Shown here: positions 43,411 to 58,375 of the stretch, in pieces
Numbering within the stretch: position 1 is the first letter of the stretch
Layout of the letters: every line of letters starts with the position of its first letter
Source of the DNA: Eledone cirrhosa
Taxonomy: Eukaryota
NCBI GenBank assembly: GCA_964016885.1
Contig: OZ024743.1
Location: 312,728,001-312,792,000 of the forward strand
Direction of reading: 5' to 3'
DNA: 64,000 nucleotides
Notes under the pieces: generated by a model
Told to the model about the DNA's origin: nothing
The model's database searches: none
The model's input: only the letters and a program-made list of their open reading frames with translations
Position numbers and translations under genes: made by a program

Positions 43411-44043
43411 AATAATAATAATAATTATAATGATAATGATAATAATAATATGATAATAATTGTTTCTACATTTGGCACAAGGCCAGCAATTATCCCAGTG
43501 TATTACTGGTGCTTTATTTTATCGACCCCGTAAGGATGAAAGGCAAAGTTAACCTCGACAGGAATTGAACTCAGACCGTAAAGGGACATAACTATGCTGG
43601 AAAGCATGGCGTCCGACCCTCTACCGATACTGCCAATCCACCGCCCTTAATAATAATGATAATAATGGTTTCTGTTAAGGCACAAAGCCAGTAATTTGGG
43701 GAGAAGAATGAAAGTTGATTAAATCGATCTAGCATTTGACTGGTAGTTTATTTTATCAACCCTGGGAGTATGAAAGGTGGAGTTGACCTCAGTGGGATTT
43801 GAAGTTGGAAAGTTAAGAGCCAAGAGTAACATTTCCAAATATTTCTTCTGTGGCTCTAACAGTTCTACCATAATAATACGGGGAATTTCTTGGAGGTATA
43901 GATTTTATTTGTATGTATTATACATATATATATGTATGTATATTATTTACACACATACACATACATTAATATATATATTTATACATATACATATATGTAT
44001 TATGTATATATATACATGACCTCAGCTGGATGGCTGGAACAGG

Positions 44044-44094
<51 letters not shown>

Positions 44095-44411
44095 ATATAT
44101 ATATATATACAGATGTGTATTATATATATTTATATATGTAAATATATTTTTTAAAATGATGATATAGTTGAAAACATGAGAAATAATACAAGGATTCAGG
44201 GATAAATAATATATGGTATAAATAAAAGTGATGGAGGCCAAAGGTTATATCCTTGTATGTGGTGGTAGTAGTAATGATGGCGGGCAGTAGGAAAGAAATA
44301 TTTTTAAAGTTTACAATATAGAGAGAGCTGTTAAACTAATGGAGCAAAAATGGAGGACTTCCGCTGGCTGTCATCAGCTACAGAGGCAGGCAGTAAAGTG
44401 TCCAGAGGAGT

Positions 44412-44454
<43 letters not shown>

Positions 44455-44503
44455 CAAGAAGTGTAAGTCAACAGGCTAAAATTAACTTTGTTTATTCATA
44501 TTC

Positions 44504-44562
44504 GCTGTTACATATATTTCGGTGATAACCATTATGCAACAGCTATGACCTCATCAGACAGC
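44504..44562 (-). ncRNA. Minimal type I hammerhead ribozyme motif
   Basis: Minus strand gctgt CTGATGA ggtcatagctgtt-gcat-aatggttatcacc GAAA tatatg TA acagc: intact core, 5-bp stem I, long stem II, minimal stem III with a near-palindromic loop. Confidence 0.75.
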
Positions 44563-47339
44563 TAGAATTTGAACAGGGAAAACAGAAAAACATAACGATG
44601 GAATAAAGTTTATCTCTGTTATTTCAATATTTTATATGCTCAGTGCTGAAGTATGGTGTTGTTTTCTCAAAGCACTGGTCACATAAAGTTAATTTTAACC
44701 TTTTGACTAACATTTCTTGTTTTTAAATTACTCCGGAGTAAACAAACCCACCTGCGCACTTCGTTGAGTGCTCTACCCTGCATACTGAAGTGTCAGTAAT
44801 TAACCAACACATACTCAAATCTATATATATATATTTAGATATATATATATATAAAGTAATGTCCTAAACCTTTCATTCCTGAAAATAATAATCAAAAGCA
44901 CTTCAATAAGTGAAGACAAAACAAGTGATGGGTGATGATTGTTATGCTTCAATTACTTTATGTAAACTAAATAATAAACAGTTACAATATGATAGTATTG
45001 GTGATTTAAATAAAATTCTTGCTAAAAAAAAAAAAAATCAACATTAATTCAATGAGGTTTTTTAAAAAAAAAAAACACAAAAAATACCATTCTTTCACTG
45101 GCTTCAATTATTAGACTGCGGCCATGCTGGGAAACCGCCTTGTTTATTAATTTTTTTTCCTTTGCTGAAATACTAAATTATGAATATGATATAATAATTG
45201 CTGGTGAAGATGTCGATTTGATGGCTTCATACTAAATGTGAATAGATCAGCTCAAATGAACATTTTTTTAAAGGTATTTTATATTTTCTGGTAATAGTGA
45301 TGATGGGAGTAATACTTAGCAGAACCACATTTTCTTGATTGTATTTTTTTAAAGAATTTCCTGGAAATGAGATTGTAAACAGGTTCCTTACAAAGAAACC
45401 TTTCTGATTCCACTATCTATGAATTCATTAAAAAAGAGAGGATAATAAAACAACTTCTTAGATCATATTTTCAACATGTGAGATAAATTAGTAGCCAATT
45501 GATCCATATGCCATAGGTAACATCCTACTAAATCCTGCATTTCTTTACCTATCTATTTAATGTTTAACCCTTTTGATACAAAAACCGCCTGAATTTGCCC
45601 CTGATTCTAAACAAATTTGTTTATTTAATGTGTTTACACTATCTAGAAATTTACTATAATTTTATGTAAGAAACTTTGTTAAGTTACATTCCAAACACCA
45701 GCTTAATAATGAAAATGTTAACTAATTACATGACTAAATCCTTCCAAATTCTTGATTACTTTATATACTATTTCAAAATCATAAGCAGTACCCTTTATTA
45801 GGAAAATGTTAACAAAACTTTTAAAGTGTTTATATTTATTAAACAACTTCCACCAAAATTTTATGTAAGAAGCTTTATTAAATTGTATTCCAAAGACTAT
45901 CATAATAATGAGTAAATAGATAGACAGATTTCTAAATCCCTCCAAATGCTTGACTATTTTTCAAATTATAGGCACTGTCTTTCATTAAAAATATAATAAC
46001 AAAAGGGTCAAGTGATTATTAGTGAAAAGAACATAACCCCTGGGTCAGCTATTTAAATAATGGAACTGTTTTAATTTCCCCACCCACATTTAGATTTGTC
46101 TCAGAAGACCTGTCACTGATATGGGCATGACCCTTTTCTTCAGAACTACCAAAACCAATTGAAAGATGACAATTTAAGAAAAACATTTAGCAGATATATT
46201 TGCCCTGTGTGTGTGTGTGTGAGAGAGAGAGAGAAAGAGAGAGAGAGCGAGAGAGAGGGGGAGAGAGAGAGAGGATATTAGGTATGTTTTGTCTGCATTT
46301 CACTCTTTCTATTTCAAAACAGAACTCAACTTATAGCTAACTCTTAAAAAAGGGTCATTATCAACACCTCCTAGAAAGAGGCACCAGACCAAAAAAAGAT
46401 TGTTTGGCAATCATTGATGTCATTAGAGAAAGATGCATGTATTTTACAGAATATAGCTGATGAGCTACACAAAAGCTCATTAGTGATGTACACCTATTGA
46501 AACTGTATTACAGGCCATTCTACAAATCTCATACAAAGAGTTTACCACAATCTTTTTGCAATCACTGGTGTCATTCGAGATAGATACATGTGTTTTGCAG
46601 ATCATGGCTGGAGAGTTAAGCCAGAACTCATTAGTTATGTACTCCTGTGGACACTATGTCATAAATATATATGGGTTGGCTGTCCAGCCGAAAACCTTCA
46701 TTGACCAGTTCCCTAAGGAAGAAACAAGACCTCACTATTGCTATGTGGGATTGTGACAAGATTGACAAATCTAAGAAAGCTTCACCAAATGAATAATATC
46801 AAGCAATATTATTAACATTTTCAGTCGTTCTTCATAAAGAATTAAGAAAATAATAGGTACTTAAAGCCTTGATCAGTGGAAAGAAAGACAAAACTAAAAG
46901 ATATTCTAAATATAATTGTTTCTAATTTTGGCACAAGGCCAGCAATTACTCCAGTACTGATGCTTATTTTATTGATCCCGTAAGAATGAAAGGCAAAGTT
47001 TAACCTCATTGGAATTTGAGCTCAGAACGTAAAGGGCCATAACTCTATGCTACAAAACATGGTGTCTGATGCTCTACTGATACTGCTAATCCACCACCAT
47101 TAAATATAATATAAGGGCAGTGGATTGGCAGTATCGGTAGAGGGTCGGACGCCATGCTTTGCAGCAAAGAGTTACGACCCTTTATGGTCTGAGTTAAAAT
47201 CCCACCGAAGTTAACTTTGCCTTATAGAAGATGACATCCCCAGGAGTTACAGGTTCATACCATAGTATCTTAATATCCTATATATATTTACCATAATTGT
47301 ATAAAGTATAGTATCTTAATATCCTATGTACATTTACCA

Positions 47340-49230
47340 TTGCTCCTAGATGCACCTCATGAACACCAGAAGATGCTGTTGTGACTAGGTTTAGGATGTC
47401 AGCAAAGTATTCTTTCCACCTCGTGAAGATGCACGTTCCTGAGGAGAGGAGAAACTCAGACACATTCCTGATAGCAGGTACTTAGGACTTCTTATTACAA
47501 AGTCAGCAGATGGCTGCCAAACTGCTTTATTTACTGATCTGAAGTCATATTCCAGTTCAACCTCAAAGTCATCTCATATCTTAACTTTGGATGCCTTTAC
47601 TGTCTCTGTTGTAGCTTTTTGTGCCTGCTTGTACCACAAGTGTAAGGAGGACTTATTTCCAAGCCAAGATTTGTGTGCCTCTTTCTTTGCTCAGCTGACA
47701 TCTTTGAATCTTTGATTGAACCAAGGGGACCTCCTGCCACCTGGCGCTACACCAAGCAACTTTCATCCACAGTATTTAACAGCTGAAGCAGAAACTGCTC
47801 TACTCCATTTAAACATCCTCAGTTTGCTCAGTTTTCTTTGGATGTAATATCTTCATACCTGGTCCTGATTTCCTTATCCACCAGTGCTTCTCACTTTATC
47901 CTGTAGGTTGACCAGGACTTGTCAGTTTTGTGGGCTTTCTTGGCTTTAGGCAGTCTCAAGTTGCAGATAAGTAGATGGTGATCAGTTGACAACACAGTCC
48001 CTCTCTTAACATGATCATTGAAGTGATCAGAGACAATAACAAAATCGATTATTGATCTCTGTCCCTGATTCTTCTTATACCATGTATATTTATGGATAAC
48101 TTTGGAAGAAGGTGTTCATAATATATAGCTCATTACTAGAACAGAAGTCTAAGGCCTCTCCATTCATATTTAGATTGGGATCATCATTCCTTCCAATCAC
48201 TCCTTTGCATGTCACGTGGTCAGTACCACCATATGCATTGAAGTCTCTCATCGGGATATATGATTCAGTCTTAACAATATCTAATGCTGCAGTGACTTCA
48301 TCAAGGAAGAATCTGTATTCAGACTCTCTGCTTAGTGCATCAATTTGTGCCACCAAAGAGCAATGTTAAAAGCCTTAAATAGAAAAGGTATTCTATAGAT
48401 GATTGGTGTGAGCTGGGTGGCCAAGATCTCTGGAAAAGCACTGAAACAATAGCAATCAGCAGTGATAATCCCTATTTTAAAAACGTGGGGTGAAAGAGAT
48501 TGCTCCAATTATAGAGGGATCTCCTTGTTAAGCCTCTCCCGTAAAGTCTATGCTAAGTGTATGGCAAAGAGATATAGGGATATCCAAGCTAGCTGATGCA
48601 TAGTGTGGTTTTTGTCGCAGAACCAGCATAGCATCAGTTGGCTGAAATTTGCAGATGACATGGTATTACTTTACTCATCAGAAGGTCACCCCTGACATAC
48701 ACTTGGTAGGTTTGCTGCTAAGTGCTGCATGGAAGGAATGAAACCTAGTGCTGCGAAGACTGAAACATTCATCCCCTCCAAGAAGCCAGTGCAGTGCACT
48801 CTACAAGTGAGTGGTGTTCCACTGAATCAAGTGGAGACATTCAAGTATCTTGGGGTCACGTTCACAAATGATGGAAGGCAAGAGGCTGAATTAAGTGCAA
48901 GAATTGCAGGAGCTGGCTTTGCAATCTCCATAGCTTGGAGATCAGAGAATTGCTCCAGGTAGAGCTGCTACTTCTCCAAATTGAAAGATCCCAGCTCCAA
49001 TATTACGAGCATGTGGTTAGAATGTCTCTGGAAAGAAAGACAGATTTTATGGGCAAAACCATCCAGCAGAAGACCCAGTGGTATAACGTGAGCAAGATGG
49101 TTGGATAACATCCATGAGCTTGGCTGGTCTCACTTGGAGATGGTTGCTTCTGACAGGACGAGCTGGAAGGAGTACTTGAGGACTCTGCTCCCATGACCCT
49201 CCCAGGAATAAGTGGACAAAGAAGAAGAAC
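47340..49230. mobile_element. Second RTE-like LINE family copy with inverted halves: endonuclease part on minus (about 47340-48360), RT and 3' end on plus (about 48390-49230)
   Basis: Minus strand: DFNAYGG..GVIGRN..NMNGEALDFC..NELYIMNTFF (APE endonuclease). Plus strand: NYRGISLLS, FADDMV, VETFKYLG and a gaagaagaa tail. Related 3' fragments at 51540-52060 (+) and 60530-60970 (-). Confidence 0.78.
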
Positions 49231-49565
49231 TGTACCTTTATAACGTATATATATTTACAATAACCTTATAAAGTATTGTACTTAATCACCTATATATATT
49301 TGCCATAACTGCAGAGAGTATAGTATTTTAATACCCTTGATATATTTACAAAAATTATATAAAGTATTGTACTAAATAACTTCTATATATTTACAATAAT
49401 TTTATAGAGTACTGTACCTTAATAACCTATATATATTTACAATAACTGTTTAAAGTATTATACCTCAATGCCCTCAATATATATTTACAGTAATTGTATA
49501 CAGTATTGTACTTAATAACTTCTATATATATTTACAATAACTGTATAAAGTATTGTACTTAATAT
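49230..49565. repeat. Degenerate minisatellite of about 45 bp, continuing at 47263-47342
   Basis: Unit approximately atatatttacaataactgtataaagtattgtacttaataacct. Confidence 0.8.
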
Positions 49566-50244
49566 TCTGCATGCATTAAGAACAAGCAAAAGTGATTATT
49601 CTCACTGAACTGACAGTCTCACAGGAATGCAAATGTGAGGATGCCTGAGTTAGGATTGCCACTACGAATCAGGATCTGATCCAACAATATAAAGATAAAG
49701 ATAAAGAGTCACAGGCCAGTTGAGATTGGCTGCTACTCTAGGAATATCAATCAGGACTGGAGAGAAAAATATCAGCTCACAGGTTAGAGGAAGGTAGCTG
49801 AAAGAAACTGTTATTGGCTCCAAAACAGGTGGGCATAGTCCAGCTGAATGCCATAATATGTGTAAGTGGCTGGTCATCACTGCTGCCCAACCAACTAAAG
49901 AATTTTGTTGCTTAGAGCAGAAATGTCCTAGGAAAATTGGACACCATTTGACATCTTCTGGATGAAAGGTACAGATGTAAATCACTGAATGTGTCAGTAC
50001 ATTTAACAGACTATAAATTATTGTAATAAATAACATGTTATGAATAAGACTAATATTTCTACAATCTTATATTTCAAATGGCAAAACCCCACACAAAAAT
50101 AATAATAGTAATAATAACAGAAATGATGACATTTTCACTGAAATTTAGATGCTTTTTAAAGAAAATGTAAATTTTAAAACTATATTTTAATATCAAGAAA
50201 ATATGAATTGTATGTTTAAAACTTACTGAGGTTTAAATTCTTAC

Positions 50245-50356
50245 CTAAAATTGCACTAGAATCTCTGGAACCAGTTCCTTCCAGAACTGTTTTCTTCAAG
50301 ATCATGTGACCAATGTAATGATGTCCATTAGCAGATCGCTGCCATGTTACAGGATG
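50245..50356 (-). CDS. RIMS: RIM homologue, first PDZ-domain exon (112 nt, phase 0->1): HPVTWQRSANGHHYIGHMILKKTVLEGTGSRDSSAIL(G)
   Basis: Acceptor ttgttgttgtag|CAT and donor TTAG|gtaaga. The peptide matches the RIM PDZ N-terminus pattern HPVTWQPS..G..LIG..IL.K....RDSGA.LG. Absent from the ORF track. Confidence 0.92.
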
Positions 50357-51539
50357 CTACAACAACAAGAATAAGCATTTCAATTGGAAGAAAAACATTT
50401 TTCAAAAGATTTATCAGCCATTTCAAATTAAATACTCTTACATGACAATTATAAATTCTCTGGTGATGACTTCTCTATCAATTTCAATAATGACCATTCA
50501 GTGGTTAAATCATCTGAATGTCCAACACAAATTGATCGAAGCATGTGTTTAGATGTGCTGATGCCAATGTGTCCTATTGGTTAAGTATTCCATTAACTTT
50601 AATGCACTTCGCATTCAGAATTAATGTGGCACAATATGTAACAAAGCTGGCCATTTGAATTACAAGTACAATCCAGTCTGTCTGACAGACTTCCATACAG
50701 TTTCCATCTACAATTTTCTCACAAGGCTTGGGTCAAACTGAAGCTACATCAAAGACACTTGTACAAGATGCCATGTAGTGGGACCGAACCAAGGACTTCA
50801 TGTTTGGGAAGAGAACTTCCTAACCATTCAGCCAAGCTTGCATCCACTTGTCTGGTAGATACATTGTGAAAACATCACTTTTCTAAGATGTTTAATATCA
50901 GTTTCTTTATGAAGATAAACAAATCAAGATTAAAAAATATACTTTAAATTGTAAAAACCAACATCATTTTATAAATCATTTAATTAAATTTTAACAAATG
51001 AATGTGTGCTTGAATTTATTAATAATAGATAATCTATAAATCTTTATTTATCCAATAAATTCTAAATTATACATATATAACTTAACATATTTTCATAACC
51101 CTTTTGTTACCATATTGATACTGAAAAACACTGCCTATGGTTTTTCAAGTAATGTGGAAACTAATCAAGAATTTTGAGGGATTTAGTAGGATTACTAACT
51201 TTTTCATTAAGCTGTTGTTTAGAACATGACAAAGGTTCTTAGGTAAAGTTTATGATAGATTTTCAAATAAATATAAACATTTTAAAATAACAACTTGATG
51301 AAACCAAGAACGGTTTCAATGAATTTGATATCAAAAGGGTTATAAAACTTATAGACAAAAAATTAATGTGATCTATTTCATTTTTACACATACAGTGAGT
51401 ATTACTTACAAGTTAGCCTGAAAATAAAAGTTTCATTACAGTGCACAGAAAGTTAACAGAATATGTGCAGTACATCATTTCATACAAGATGGGGAACCAG
51501 AAAGCATTCCAGAGATTTAGATTTTTTTCAAAGAATTTG

Positions 51540-52060
51540 TAAATGTCTTAACTGCCCATGTCTTAAGTGAGATAGGTGTAAAAGCCAAACAGGCTATCTT
51601 CAATTCAGTATTTGTGCCAACTATTACCTATGGTCATAAATCTTGGGTAATGGCCGGAAAAATATGATTACGAATACTAGAGGCCAAAATGGAGTTCTTC
51701 TGAAGGGTTTTTAGAGTAACATTACTTGATAGAATGTGTAGGTTGGAGATCAGAGTCACCCCAAGTAGAGTAGCTACTTCTTCGAATTGAGAGATCACAG
51801 CTCTGATATTACAGGCATGTGGTTAGAATGTCTCAGAAAAGAATTGTTGGAGAGATTTTGTGGGCAAAAGCAGCCAGCAAGAGACCCAAGGATAGACCCT
51901 AAGTAACATCCATGAGCTTGGCTGGTCTCTCTTGGGGACCCAGCCAGATCAATTGGTGGTGGTTGCTTCTGACAGGACTCACTGTAAGGAGTGCTTGAGG
52001 ACTCTGCCTCCATGACCCTCCCAGGAATAAGTGACTGAAGAAGAAGAATAAAAAGAAGAA
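51540..52060 (+). mobile_element. RTE-like LINE 3' fragment (family of 48390-49230)
   Basis: Shared catccatgagcttggctggtc...ccatgaccctcccaggaataagtg end and (GAA)n tail. Confidence 0.75.
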
Positions 52061-54952
52061 ATTGTAAATAAAAAATAAGAATTCCAAGTCCAAAACAGAA
52101 TTTCACTGTTTGTGATAGAATTTCATGGCAGCCTGATATTTTACCATCATTAATGTTTAGTTTACACAAGAGATAGTTATTTAGTTATGTTACAATGAAT
52201 AATGATTTCATGTTTAGGCATAAGGCCAGCAATTTAGAGCAAAAGGAAAGTTGATTAAATCAACTTCAGTACAAGACTGGTACATTATTTTATCGACCCA
52301 GAAGGTTGAAAGGTAAAGTTGGCCTCAGTGGGATCTGAACTCAGAATGTAAAGAATTGGAAGAATCAGACTGAACTAACTTTACATATCTTTATCATAAA
52401 CATCAAGTACTATCAAAACTGTCTCTGTGCTAAGCTAATCGAAATCACTCATATACATGACATATAAATACATAAGTGTTTTAAGGCCATTTTCCATGCT
52501 AAGGCAGGGGTTAGCTTTCCAGGCTTCTTAATGATCATGGGGTCCTTTTTGAGCAAAAGTTTTACGACCAGATGCCCTTTCTTGCACCAACCCTTTTAGT
52601 CATTTCTGACTACATGAAGTGATATGATACAGTTATTCTAAATTAGACATACACCAAAAAGCTAACTCTGTGATAAATCAATCTGTACTCTCTGTCTACA
52701 GACATCAGTTTTGGGGTTGTTGTTATTGGCTGCTAGATCAACACTATGATCAAGAGTTTTCCAGCCATAACCAATCCATTTATTTTCTATGTACTGGAAA
52801 GCCATGACTGCATTAACCAACATGTTCTTCTCTAAGATATCCGGTTGTGTTTTAACAATTTCATTACTATATTTCTAATGAAAGACACTGTCTATAATTG
52901 TAACCCTTTCATTACCATATTTCTAATGAAAGACACTGTTGATGATTTTCAAATAATTTTGAAAATAATAAATAATTTGTGAGATTTAATAATGTAACTA
53001 TTGTTTGCATTATTAAGTTGGTTTTTGGAACTTAAATTAACTTAAGGTTCTTATGCATAAATTTGAGTGCAAGTTTAAATTTAAATAAAAACATAAAATT
53101 AAGATGGAGGTTTTTTAGATAAATATAAATACTTTGAAATAAACAGTTTTATATCATAGAACTAGGAGTGGTTTCAGTGTCAAAAAGGTTATCAAACTAA
53201 TCAAGTATTATAAGAGGTTTAGCAAAATAACTAACTTTCAACTCAATAATAAAGACAATATTAACTTCTATATAATTGTTTCTAATATTAACTTCTATAT
53301 AATGAGGAGAATTAGTCCAAGATTTGGTTTTGAATTTAACATTTACATTACTCTATATATACTATTATATTTACTATTGAATTTTCATGGTAAAGGCTTT
53401 ACCTCTCATAATTATCTCACATAATATTGAAAATATGAGACTTTGATATTTATTTTGAGAACAATACCTTGACATCAGTATGAGTGGCCAGTTACAGCTG
53501 GTTTGAACAGAAAGAGGTGAGAAAATGTTAATTCTGTCCGGATATGGTCCGTATAAATGCTAAAAGGTTAATAAAGGCAGTTTCAGATGAGTTGCTTATG
53601 TTGGAGGGGGTGCAGTGCTGTTCATGTTGAACTACATACAAAAATATATTTTTAGTGAATGCCATTTGTGGAGAGGCCAACCCAGTTTTCATTTAAGTTT
53701 AGTGCTTGTATTAAAGCAAGGATATGCAACAAGTTTAACAGTGGACGAGTGTAGAACTGAACTAAATTCAGTATATTTTGTTAGTTCTGGAGCATCAAAT
53801 GATGAGAGATCTCCACCCACCTAGCATGCTCACAAGTCCTGTCATAAACCTGTGATCCCAGGCTGTCTATGTCAACCAGGTCCTTCTTCAGAGTCCTTAA
53901 CCAAGTCTTGACATGTCTACTCCACTTCCTATGCCCCACCCCTGCCTCTAAAGAAGCAGTCAATTACATTGACCCTAGTACTTCATTAGTACCATTTTTA
54001 TCAACCTTGGAAGTATGAAAAGCAAACTTGTTCCCAGTGGGATTTTTCCACAATACATTTCGGCTCATTCTGGTTCAAAATATTAAAATGATATGAGCAA
54101 AATAGAAATTGTGCGATTTTCTGTTCTAAATACTTTTTAAAGATACATAAGAACCCATATATAATATGTTTACGAGTCCATATACACTCTTATTCTAAAC
54201 CAGTCATGGTCAACCTGTGGCCTGCGACTGGCCCATTTAGTTTTCTGAATAGCACACCTAATTTCAAAATTGTCTTGATAAACTACATCCTATGTGGCTC
54301 ACTGCTTATACCTGTTCTAAACAATGCTATATTAGTACTATCACTAATTAACACTAGCTGGTCAAGTTGCTCTATAATAATCTGCCAACACCAATAACTT
54401 GTTTACTAAATCTATAACACTTTACTGTTTTCTATACCTTAATATCTGGGTATGCAAGTATTGTTGAACTGTAATGCCAATGAAACCTTTACCCTAATGC
54501 TGAAGTTGCTGTGATACGATCGCAGCTTAAGATACTCACAGCAAGACTAAAAATGGTTATTATCTAAATATATACCATTGATTATTTAAGATAGAATCTA
54601 TTATAAAAGTATTTTTGAGCAGTTACTTATTATAAAAATCTTATCTCAGAGTATAGCTATATTCATATCATCCATACTTACATGGATTGGATAAGATACC
54701 TTTCTGGCAGATTTTCTATGGCCAGACATCCTTCCTGATTCTAAGATATATATTGCTGATGTTTTATCAAACCACTATTCTGCCAGACAATTTGTTTAAG
54801 GAATATATTAACAAATTTCACTGCAGGTTTCTTATAAGCAGTGACCATATATATACAAACATATTACATATATATATATCGACACAGCCTGTCTGGGTGG
54901 TCAGTAGTCCCACTTCACTACTGACTTGATATATGTAGACCTGTCCAACCAT

Positions 54953-55022
<70 letters not shown>

Positions 55023-55528
55023 TATATATGCACTTTCATTTTTGCTTTAATTTATGTTGTAACCAGCTGAATATCTTGGATTTGTTGTATTTTTATCACA
55101 AATAGCCCTCTTTTTTGATGGGCTATAGGTGCACTGGGAGGAGTGGTTATGTTTTACACCCAAACCACAAAAATACCCAGATGACAGCTGATGAGTGGGA
55201 AATTTCCATTTGTCTGTCCGTTTCAAGTTTTTGGTGGCCTTCGATTGTCCCCCTGCATTATTTTTTAACTATATATATCTATATACATATATAAATATAT
55301 ATATATATCAATATACATACATATAAATATATATACATATATATATACACACACAAATGAAATATTTGTTTTTTTTTAAATATCAGATCAATCAATTAAC
55401 TGATAGATTAAGCCCAAGTGCTGTGAAGGGTTGTGATAGTAATGACACAGCTCCAGAGAATAGCGTGCAGTTGAACAAGTGAAGAGATATAGGCAAGCTA
55501 TGGTGAACAGCTTTTCATCTAGAACATA

Positions 55529-55573
<45 letters not shown>

Positions 55574-57809
55574 AACATATATATTTTAAAATATAAACAA
55601 CTGAAAAGCACTAGTCTACTGTGTGGGATTTTAACACTTCATTTGAATAAATCCAATGTTGAACTTTTTTTAATTGTATCTCACTATTGACTTTGGTAAT
55701 TTCCATCTAATATAATAACAAAGGTTCTTTGTTACAGTATATAAATCGTTCATCATCTGAAAATCTTTGTTGTCTACTCTTAGCATATTTCCGTGGAAAT
55801 ATACTGCCTAAGTTTTTTTTAATTAATTTTAACCCTTCCATTACCATATTTCAAATGAAAAATGAAAGATACTGCCTATAATTTTCAAATAATTTTGAAA
55901 AATATTCAAACATATTGGAGGGATTTAATAATATAACTAACCTTCATATTGTCTATCTGATGTTTAGAACATAACTTAACCTTTTCATTACTATATCTTA
56001 ATGAAAGGCATTGTCTATAATTTTCAACCAATTTTGAAAAAATTCAACAATTTGGAAGGATTTAGTGATAAAACTAACTTTATTATTAAGCTGATGTTTG
56101 AAATATATTTTGATAAAGGTTCTTACATAAAACTATGATGAAAGGGTTTTTCTAGATAAATATAAACACTTTAACTGAAACAGTTTGGTGTCATAGAATC
56201 AAGGTGATTTCAAATTGATATCAAAAGACTGAAAGAATATTTTAAACTACATAATATGGAAAAAAAGCAAAATGTCATGATAAAATCATTCAATTATGAA
56301 GTGTATTTAATATTGCTTATTTAATCTAAAAGTGGATCTTAACCCTTATTTTTACCATATTTATAACAAGGATATACTTCTTTTGTGTTTTAATTATCAA
56401 AATAATCAAGATTTATGAGAAGTTTAGTGAAATGATAAATGTCCAACTTAATAATGGTTTCTGATTTAGGCACAAGGCCAACAAGTTTGGAGGGGAAAGT
56501 TGATTAAATCGACCCCAGTGCATTACTAGTACTTTATTTTATCAACCCCATAAGGATGAATTTTCCAGTAATAATGGTTTCTGATTGCAGCACATGGCCA
56601 ACAGTTTTGGAGAGGAAAGTCGATTAAATTGATCCCAGGGCCTTATTGGTACTCTATTTTATTGACTCTGTAAGGATGAAAGGTAAAGCTAACCTTGGAA
56701 GGATTTGCACTCAAAACATAAAGGGCAGTACCTCTATGCTGTAAAGCATGTTGTCTGATGCCTTACCGATACTGCCAACCCACTCTTACCCAACTTAATG
56801 ATAACATTTCTCCATACTTTTAAAAAACAAATATTTAACTACAGAAAACTAATATAATCAGTCATGTAATAATGAGATTTCAGTCCAAGATATTAATTTA
56901 AATTTAAACATTTTAAGAGAGATGGATGTGAGTAGAGTTGGCTTTTAAAAAGTTACTATGTATTCCAAAGTTAGTGTCAATTTTTAGGAAAGTATGAAGG
57001 TATGTGACTTAGTGGTTAGAGAATTGGGTTCACAATTGGGAGTTTTCAAGTTTGATTCCTAGACAGGGTGATGTATTATTTCCTTGAGTAAGACACTTTA
57101 TTTCACGTTGCTTCCTCTGCCAAGAGTTGTGACTGGTAGATAGTATCAGCAATGGAAAGATCAATGGAAACATTATTTCCTTGGTCCGATTTGACGAGTT
57201 CTACCCCACTTGGTAAGTGAGTGAAGTCTGGGATCTTGTTCATCGATTGATCTATCCTTTTTAGGGAGACATACTAATTGTTGCCACAAGGATGGTGATA
57301 TTCAAACGAAATTAGTTTAGCAGGTCTTGCAGTCAAAAGATATCACAGGCTTACATTTATATTAATAACATATGAAGAAATTTAAATAGATGGCTACTTT
57401 GTGACTTATGGGTTTCGTTAACCCAACCTGGTTGGTTTGGGTTAATTCAAGACCAACAATTAAACTATGTTATTCAAGATATTTTTCAATAATTTAATTA
57501 ACTTATTAGCTATCACCTGCAGGAATACTGTGATTGTATTGGCTTGCATCAAACATTATTAGAGGGAAACTCCAGGATCCACTGTTGTGACATATAATTG
57601 AGTGTGTATGTCTCATTCTATTTTCTTTACTTATTCTTTTCTTCCTTTTTCTTCTTACCTGACTACATTCCTACTGAAAATTGTTCATCTTTTGATAATT
57701 TATGCATTGCTGTGCTTAATGTATTTTTGTTATCACTAATTACTGACAGCACTAACACAGCATAATTCGAAATAAAGACATATATATATATATAATAAAC
57801 ATACATTAA

Positions 57810-58030
57810 CCCATTAGCATTTACATTACTCTATATATACTATTATATTTTATTAGTAAAGGCTTTATCTCACATAATTATCTCACATAATATTGAATTT
57901 ATGAGATTTTAATATTATTTATTTTGAGAACAATACCTTAACATAAGTATGAGCGGCTGGTTACAGCCGGTTTGAACAAAAAGAGGTGAGAGAATTCTGG
58001 CAAGATATGGCCATTTTACATGGCAAAGGG
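57810..58030. mobile_element. piggyBac-type MITE family M2
   Basis: TTAA|ccc...ggg|TTAA; reverse complement of 7077-7296. Confidence 0.82.
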
Positions 58031-58375
58031 TTAAGGTGGGAACATGTCCCAGCTGCCTCAGAATTCAGGTAAGAGCAGTGGATGTATTTATTTCACTGTC
58101 ATTACAATTCATCACTTACTCACTCATGCCAAGATGCTGAGGTAAGAAAGACAATATCATCTTATAGATTTTGTAAACAAACTCTTCTTAGTCAAGGTTG
58201 TATTATATAGTGAAGCTTGTACTATATGGTCAAGCTTGCATTAAATGGTCAAGATTGCATTATAGGTAACTAAGCCTCCACCCAAACCAAGTTTGTTTAC
58301 AAAATCTATTGATATATATAATACTAGATGTATAAATTAAACTCCCTAAAATGTTTTCACTGAAGCACTATAATA

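Noticed and set aside
46455-46485. ctgatgagct...agctcattag as a hammerhead
   Set aside because: Simple hairpin with no GAAA or stem III.
54885-54950. Hairpin gtcagtagt/actactgac with a hammerhead-like layout
   Set aside because: Both core segments deviate (ctgggtg, ttgata); too degenerate to call.
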